Positions 44,922 to 51,866 of a stretch of DNA of 51,866 nucleotides are shown here, one piece after another (positions within the stretch are counted from its first letter, which is position 1; the number at the start of each line of letters is the position of its first letter). This stretch comes from Proteromonas lacertae (lineage: Eukaryota): assembly GCA_002245135.1 (NCBI GenBank), contig NGBS01001163.1:310001-361866 (forward strand). The letters run 5' to 3'. A model generated the notes under the pieces. It made no database searches. It worked only from the letters and a program-made list of their open reading frames with translations, and had not been told where the DNA came from. Made by a program: the position numbers and the translations under genes.

Positions 44922-47900
44922 CTAATTATTGTATCCATAAGGAACTGTTTCATAATCATCCTCAAAGTATCTTTTATCATCAAAATATGTAAGTCCTATC
45001 TTTTCTTCATAAGCAGTATAGATATGATGATTTCTACTTCTAATATGATTAATACCAAACTTCTGTTTAGAAACATATCCATCAACCATTTCAGTATAAT
45101 CATCTCCTGTCATCTTACTTGCTATAGCTGTTATTAATCCTTTACATCTGTTGGAGGATTTGAGTGTACCATCATTAACACATTCCTTTTCATAATAGTA
45201 ACATTTGGATTTCAATCCTCTAAACTTAGTAATGACATAGAATTTCTTACCATCCTGTTCCTCAAACTTGAGTTTATTTAATGTTCCTGGTTTACATGAT
45301 AATGAATCCCATTTGTAGTAATTACTGAAAGGAGGCATATTCAGATTACTTCCGTCTATATATTTTTGAAGATGATTGAAATTCCAATAAATATCCTTAG
45401 TCTTTACAGAAAAGAGGAGACTGTCAGTATCTGTCATTAAGAGTCTAACATCTTCTGGTGAATTGTAATGTAATACTCCATCATACCAATACTGTTGCAT
45501 TAATAATTTAGAAAGAGCAAGGATTGTCATACCTATCTGAATAGGTTTATTAATTTTGAACATCTTTTTATGATAATGTACTAATCTCAAATCTCCGTGA
45601 ATAGTATCTATCTTATCAAACCAAGGATCTCTAATAGCTTTTCTTGCTTGATTTTCTGACACTACTAATTTGATACTTCTCCTCTTATCAACTCTTTCTA
45701 AAGTTTTTCCATAAAGTGAATTAAGTAATTTCTTCATAATATTAGCAGTAGATGTTTGATGCATTTCCTTCGCATGAACTCTCATATCCTTTAATTGATC
45801 AATATGTTTAGATATATGTTTACTTTCCAAGAATGTTAGGACTTTATATACTTTTGTTACTCTATATCCATGATCAACTGCAAATTTGAGATTCTGATAA
45901 TGGATGACATAATGTTCCTTAGGCAATAAATCAGTAACTAACTTTTCAGAGGAAACATATTTATGAACATCAGGATTTTTCTGATCATCCTCTTTTTGAG
46001 AGTATAATACTTCTAATTTTTCTTTTTGTATATCTGATAATTCATCATAGCTAATCTTCCTTCTTGAAGGTAGAATAGGATATTCTCTTAAATACTCCTT
46101 ATAATAGGAAATAGGTTCAATATCCACTTCTAACATATATCCTGTAGTTTCAAAGGAATCATTCTTATCATAGAATTTAGTAGAATCTAATATCTCATGA
46201 AGTTTAGGACAACCAGGATCTTCATAACAATAAAGATGATAATTCCTTATAGGAAGTTTACATAAATACATTACTGAAGGATATAAGGAATTCATATCCT
46301 GATAAACAATAAACTTTGAAGGTTTCTTTGGATCATAATCCTTCATATAGAAATTATTAGCATCTTCTTTCCTCTTTCCTATATAGGATAATCCTCCATA
46401 TAATCCATTAAGGATGAAATCATATATTTCAGGTTCATGAATTAACTCTATTTTAACTGAACTTTCTTTCAAGAACAAATCCAAGGATAAACTAGGAATT
46501 GATACATACCAACAAGGATCAATATGAAAGTGATTAAAGATGTTTTGTCTAAAATCCTCAAATACTGAACATAGGATATAAACATCAATACTTAAATAGA
46601 AATTACAATATTCTCCTATAGAAGCTTTTCCTTCAAACAAAATGTTATTCACTTCCATTGCAAACTTATATTCATCTTCTGTTATTGTTGAATTGGATAA
46701 ACTTGAATAGAAATCCTGAATCTTCAAATCCTTAAATTGATTATCATATTTTTCCAAACAATCTACATATTCATAAGGAAAGAAGTTTTTCTGAAGAAGA
46801 TACTTATCAATAATTTCCTCATCTAATTCAGGAAAGTTATCATAAATGACTTTAAACTTTTCCTTTTTACAATTTAACTCTAAAGCTGTTATCTTTAAAT
46901 CCTCTGTTAAACTAGATAATTTTTCAGAAAGGAATTGGTATGAATCAATGAACATTAATCTATCAAAGAATATAGCTTTATAGTTTTCATCAGTAGAAGG
47001 AAGGATATCCAAATTTAAACCAGTCTGTTTAGCAATTTCTGCAAGTTCTCTAATGATGAAATGCTGGTCATATCTCATAGCGTTATGACCAATTATAGGA
47101 ATCTTGTATCCTTTTACTTTAATTGATAAGTTCTCTTTGGAATGAATTGAAGCAATGTACTTTCCTGTGAAATGATTATGATGGAGGACTTTTGGATCAA
47201 AAGGAGTAAAAGGTTTATTACAAAAATCACAAACTGTTTTACTCATATGAATAGCTAAATCTTCCTCATTTTGATCCCAATCTTTAGGATATAAGTTTAT
47301 TATATTATATAAGTGTTTTACATCTTTATATACTGTCATGATATCCTCCATAAATTCTTTTTCTAAATTTTCATCTTCGGATATCTTCACATTCATAATA
47401 GTTGTAGATTTAATTTGAGGAATTTTACTTTCAATATATAAACAATATGATTTTAACTTATGTTCATTTTTGAAGGATCTTAATGTTTTTGTCTTTTCCT
47501 GAGAATTATCAATAGGGACAATGTATGCTTCTGTATCGTAATAAATAACAACAGGAATCATATCCTCTCTGTTAGAATGTTCAAATTTCATAAAAGCTTC
47601 CTCACTATCCTTATCAGGAAATATCCTTATTACATTATCAGGATTTTGACAGTTTACTGTTTTGTGATTTGCAAATGATTTTGCATTATAAGTATAAAAG
47701 GGACAATAAGGACAAACCAAAGGACTTGTTTTATTCTTAAATATTACACCAAAAACTAAGCTGAATACTTGATTTAAGGATTTAATTGCACAATAATGTC
47801 CTGTAATTACTTCATCTGTAGTATCATTATTATTAGGAAGGAATAATAAATTAATAACAGGATTACCAACATTCTTATCAATTATACTATATCTTAATGG

Positions 47901-48884
47901 AAGGATTTTAGGTTTGTCCTTTTCCTCTTCATCAATTGCAAATACATTTATATTTAAATCATAAGTTTGCTCTACTTTATCTATATCAGGATTATTAACA
48001 GGAGCTACTGGTATTGTAATAAAATCGCTACTAGGTTGTATTTGAGGTAAATGTTGCTTTTTTAAACATGAATTAATTGCTCTCCAAAAACAATCCATAT
48101 TATCATTATCCTTATTTTCACAAGGATCTAAACAATACTTATTATTAAATATATCAGGAATATGATAATTTCCTCCTGCTTCTGCCATAATTTGGTATTG
48201 ATTAATATGAGTTTCCATTAAATCCATATATTGGAATATTAAACCAGATTCTGGAGGAGAAAAGTCATCCTCATTAATAGAATGAAATAAGGAACGCATC
48301 TTTGCTGCTACTGATGCAGGACTATCATACTCATTTATTAAAATATTTCTCGTATTATGAAATAAGGATACTTCCTCACCTGATTCATCTTCCGAAGAAG
48401 TATAAACATACCAAAATACAAAGTATACTTTAATATTTTTCATTTCATGTGCTATTTCACTTATTCTTAAAGCAACATCTGTGTTATCAACAATGAAATT
48501 ATAATAATCTTCAGGAGTAAGAAGATGAATATCCTTTAAATTAGTAACGTACTTCCTTGTTACTCCTTCGGAGGATTGTCCTTCTAATTCATACCTTTTT
48601 ATTCTATCCTCCAAATTTCCTCTTGGAGGATGAATTCTATTATCATCCATATCATCATCTCCTCCACCAAAATACATTCCATAATCAGGATTTATAATAT
48701 GTACTCGAGGATTATTATTTAAATTCCTCATATAGGAGGATTCACTTATTTTCCTTCTTTTACTAGTTGCATTAATGAAATATTGGGAAGTACTATCCTC
48801 ATTTTCTAACATCTTTTCTAATAAATGAGTTTTTGCATTTAAAGCATATTTCTTCTGCTTATCAGTATTCTTCCTTTTATTCAT
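44922..48884 (-). CDS. Protein-primed family B DNA polymerase (Polinton type), intact
   Basis: Exonuclease motifs YYDTEA, GHNAMRYD, FIDSYQFL, KNFFPYEY, YLSIDV. Polymerase motifs DMNSLYP, KKLLNSLYGK, MTDTDS. First ATG is at 48884. Confidence 0.96.
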   Translation of the reverse strand: MNKRKNTDKQKKYALNAKTHLLEKMLENEDSTSQYFINATSKRRKISESSYMRNLNNNPRVHIINPDYGMYFGGGDDDMDDNRIHPPRGNLEDRIKRYELEGQSSEGVTRKYVTNLKDIHLLTPEDYYNFIVDNTDVALRISEIAHEMKNIKVYFVFWYVYTSSEDESGEEVSLFHNTRNILINEYDSPASVAAKMRSLFHSINEDDFSPPESGLIFQYMDLMETHINQYQIMAEAGGNYHIPDIFNNKYCLDPCENKDNDNMDCFWRAINSCLKKQHLPQIQPSSDFITIPVAPVNNPDIDKVEQTYDLNINVFAIDEEEKDKPKILPLRYSIIDKNVGNPVINLLFLPNNNDTTDEVITGHYCAIKSLNQVFSLVFGVIFKNKTSPLVCPYCPFYTYNAKSFANHKTVNCQNPDNVIRIFPDKDSEEAFMKFEHSNREDMIPVVIYYDTEAYIVPIDNSQEKTKTLRSFKNEHKLKSYCLYIESKIPQIKSTTIMNVKISEDENLEKEFMEDIMTVYKDVKHLYNIINLYPKDWDQNEEDLAIHMSKTVCDFCNKPFTPFDPKVLHHNHFTGKYIASIHSKENLSIKVKGYKIPIIGHNAMRYDQHFIIRELAEIAKQTGLNLDILPSTDENYKAIFFDRLMFIDSYQFLSEKLSSLTEDLKITALELNCKKEKFKVIYDNFPELDEEIIDKYLLQKNFFPYEYVDCLEKYDNQFKDLKIQDFYSSLSNSTITEDEYKFAMEVNNILFEGKASIGEYCNFYLSIDVYILCSVFEDFRQNIFNHFHIDPCWYVSIPSLSLDLFLKESSVKIELIHEPEIYDFILNGLYGGLSYIGKRKEDANNFYMKDYDPKKPSKFIVYQDMNSLYPSVMYLCKLPIRNYHLYCYEDPGCPKLHEILDSTKFYDKNDSFETTGYMLEVDIEPISYYKEYLREYPILPSRRKISYDELSDIQKEKLEVLYSQKEDDQKNPDVHKYVSSEKLVTDLLPKEHYVIHYQNLKFAVDHGYRVTKVYKVLTFLESKHISKHIDQLKDMRVHAKEMHQTSTANIMKKLLNSLYGKTLERVDKRRSIKLVVSENQARKAIRDPWFDKIDTIHGDLRLVHYHKKMFKINKPIQIGMTILALSKLLMQQYWYDGVLHYNSPEDVRLLMTDTDSLLFSVKTKDIYWNFNHLQKYIDGSNLNMPPFSNYYKWDSLSCKPGTLNKLKFEEQDGKKFYVITKFRGLKSKCYYYEKECVNDGTLKSSNRCKGLITAIASKMTGDDYTEMVDGYVSKQKFGINHIRSRNHHIYTAYEEKIGLTYFDDKRYFEDDYETVPYGYNN

Positions 48885-49094
48885 GATTTTATACTTATGA
48901 AAATTCAAAACTAAAAAGAAAACAAAAAATGAATATACTTTAAAATAATTGGTCAATTAATATAATTGGTCAAATACAAACGTATACTTAATTTGATTGG
49001 ATAATTAAAAATCTACTTAAAAATCGTTACTTTTTTTATTTGCAATTTTCTTGCTATTTTTATCTATTTATTAAAAACTTAACTTCTAAAAATC

Positions 49095-50018
49095 ATGAGT
49101 TCTGGTAAAAATACTTTACTTCTAAAAGTATGTAGAAGAGGAGGCTGAGGAGGATAACTCTACTATAACTAGTGATGAAGATGATTTAGAAAATTGTGAA
49201 ACTGAACCAGTATCACAAAGTGAATATGAAAAGCCTTATATTAAGGATTATGAGAGATGGTGTAAGGAAAACAATGTTGATGAAATGGAAAGTAATCCTG
49301 AACCAAAGTATGGAAGCTGAATTAGTGAGGAAAATCATGGGTGATAAACAAATGTTAGAAATGGGAAATATTCCTAAATTAGAATCTGCAAGAGGATTAG
49401 TGAGTGATTACCTTCCTCCTCATTTAAATAGATGGTTAACTTTCATTGGACATGTATCTGAGATGAAATTAGAAAAAACCTAAAGAGGATCAGGAAGGAT
49501 ATTATTCTGTGAAGTTTACTAATGTTCAAGTAGCTAGGTTTGCAGGAAAGGATTGTGATGCTAGTGAATGGATAAAGTTAAAATCCTCTTGGTTATATGA
49601 TATAGCTGATTATTTGAAAACCTCTAAACATTTGGAGCATAGTATTGAAGTTGTCCTCAATTTATACAGGATCCTCATTTGGAAGAATGATGATAGACAT
49701 AATCTTGTAGGAAATGATAAAACAGTATATGAGGATTGGACTGTTATGGAGGATTAAGGATGTTGTTGTTCCTGTAGTAGCATTAAATATACCATCAAGA
49801 ATAATACATGCTTTGTTAATTTATTCATTGATGGAGATATTATGATTGTAAGTGAGGATTATGTTAAAGAAAAGTTAAGGATAAGGTTGAGGAAAAAGAG
49901 GAAAAGAAGTTTAGTACTCCTAAAAGAAAAGAGAGAAATGTCCTTAGTCCTCCAGTAGTGAAGAGAAGTAACATAGGAGGATTAACCTTAAAGAAGGATC
50001 ATAAGCATAAAAAGTAAT
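49095..50018 (+). pseudogene. Fragmented element gene of unknown function, divergent from pPolB
   Basis: Purine-rich coding-like sequence from ATG 49095, broken into short ORFs (49196-49483, 49509-49757). Confidence 0.45.
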
Positions 50019-50069
50019 TAAAAAGATAATTATCATTAATTCCTTACTATATTCTTATTTTTGTTTTCT

Positions 50070-51352
50070 ATGGATATTCAAAAAAGACTTTACCAGAGCT
50101 ATATTCACAATACAACTATTTATCTGCTAAAGATTTCATCAATATTTGCCACTCACTATGGTTATAGCGAAGATGAAGCTAAGACTTTTGCATATTCTTC
50201 TCCACAGATATCAGTTAGCATCAAAAGAGTTCGTCCTAAAAAATTAAGGTATACTACTATTAAAGTACCAGTACTTTTATGATTGATTTTGCATTCTTTC
50301 AAGGAAATGATGGTCCTCCATCCTTATTTATTATTAATGTTGTATCGAGGAAAGTATGGGTTTATACTTTAGCAAGTAGAAGTGGTTTAGCTTTTGCAGA
50401 AGCTTTTACAAAGTTTGTGTATTTCAGAATAGGGGTAAAAGGAATTTTAGAAGGAGAGGAGGAATATATGATTTTCATTGCTTCTATCATTTTGTGATAG
50501 AGAAGGAGTATTTATAAGTAATGAATTTCAAAATTTCTGTAAAAAGTATAAAATAAAATTACACTTTAAGGATACAGATGAGCATAATATCATGGGTATT
50601 TTAGATAGAGCAGTTAGAACAATAAAGGATCTTATTTATTATAGAGGAAGTACATATGATCAAAAGAATTTAATAAAAACACAAGCTGATTTAAATAATT
50701 TATCCAAATGATTGTAAAGGATTACAACAATACTCCTCATTCAGGAATTAAAGGATATACACCAAATGAAGTATATGATGATATGAGTCTACAATTGAAA
50801 TTCCTCCATGAATCGAGGAATTATAATAGAAATCTTAAAGCCAAAAAAGGATCTCCGTTTAATGTTGGAGATAAAGTAAGAGTTAAAGAAAGAGCAAAAT
50901 CAAAATTAGATAAGTCTCATAGGTATAGTGATCAAGTATATACGATAAAGAGGAAAAATCCTTTTTCATATGATATTGATGTATATGATGATGAAGGAAG
51001 AATAACTACCAAAAGATTTAAGGAGTATGAATTACTTAATGTATCAGATACACATCCATCCTTTGCTAAACAGAATGAACAGTATTACAGAACAATAGGA
51101 AAGGAAATGCAACAGTATACAAGAGATCCTGATTATGTTCCTCCTGGTGTAGTTGTTAATGATGAACCTCAATTACAACCTGTTGCTGAAACAGTTCCTG
51201 TTAATCCTGCAGAACAAGCAGTGCAAGATTATAAGGATAATAATGCTGCACTTGATTTTGTTAATAAAGTTAGAAGGACAAGATCAGGAAGGATAAGTAG
51301 ACCTAATCCTCTATACTCACGAAGTATATATGGAGCAGGACATATATGGTAA
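50070..51352 (+). pseudogene. Second Polinton-type rve integrase, three frameshifts
   Basis: IDFAFF, SRKVWV, CDREGVF, ILDRAVRTIK, YNNTPHSGIKGYTPNEV and FNVGDKVRV across four ORFs; collinear with 7228-8514. Confidence 0.88.
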
Positions 51353-51418
51353 ATTTTTTTATGCTTTTTGTTTTCCCAATAAATAAAACTCATAATAAGA
51401 AATGTTACTTAAAAATTT

Positions 51419-51866
51419 TCACCCATATAAGGTTTTCCTATTTTTAAAATTTGAGATTGTCTTGGGATATAAAAAGGTTGCAATATGGCATACCTTAAAA
51501 CTAAAATCTTTATGATTTACAACGCCGTTATATTGAGGTTTTTCAGAGAAGTAAATACCAGTAACATTTTTAGTATCTTTTCTATAACTGTTAAAGTAAA
51601 TACTAAATCGTTTTTTAATATACTGAAAATAAGAATCAAATCTACTTTTATATAAATCATTAGGTATTTGCCATGACATTTGTGGAGAGTTATACATGTA
51701 AAAATCAATACTATCAATCTGTAGATTGAAATGATACAGATTGATCTGCTAATATTGTCATCATAATAATTATTATAAAAATCTAATTGTATAGGAAACA
51801 TCTCCTACCATATTATTACCTTTAATAATTACCATATCTATAGTAATAAACTGAGTACCAAGTTTC
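51419..51866 (-). CDS. 3' part of an unidentified element gene (probably frameshifted)
   Basis: Coding-like ORF 51419-51697 converging on the integrase; no motif recognised. Confidence 0.4.

Larger units (their letters stand above)
44477..51866. mobile_element. Polinton/Maverick-like element 2 (pPolB plus integrase), running off the window
   Basis: Protein-primed PolB and an rve integrase within 7 kb; intronless. Confidence 0.85.

Overview
This is very AT-rich eukaryotic DNA with ~29-40 nt GT-AG introns, typical of Blastocystis or a related gut stramenopile; the organism call is tentative. It falls into four zones. (1) 1-5.7 kb: apparently intact spliced host genes (SWR1-like HSA protein, organellar L3, a Cys-rich protein, a FAM86/EEF2KMT-like methyltransferase). 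(2) 6.1-14.5 kb: a rearranged Polinton/Maverick-like morphogenesis module (rve integrase, adenain-type protease, broken A32-like packaging ATPase, penton, major capsid protein) with no polymerase. (3) 14.5-44.5 kb: a 29.7-kb segment bounded by 278-bp direct repeats. It holds a MULE-like remnant, a hAT-type non-autonomous element with 8-bp TSD, and about 20 tightly packed, intronless glycan-building and glycan-decorating genes (5x GT31, GT10, GT61, GT77, 2x GT2-like, DUF1647, DUF3431, DUF3405-like, 2x DxRD-type GT, 2x AT3-SGNH O-acetyltransferase, 3 methyltransferases). (4) 44.5-51.9 kb: a hairpin/iteron array, an intact protein-primed PolB and a second, frameshifted integrase. The main candidate for an undescribed system is this O-antigen-cluster-like eukaryotic glycan island, flanked by direct repeats and lying between complementary Polinton modules. 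All family assignments come from motif recognition by eye; no database searches were run.
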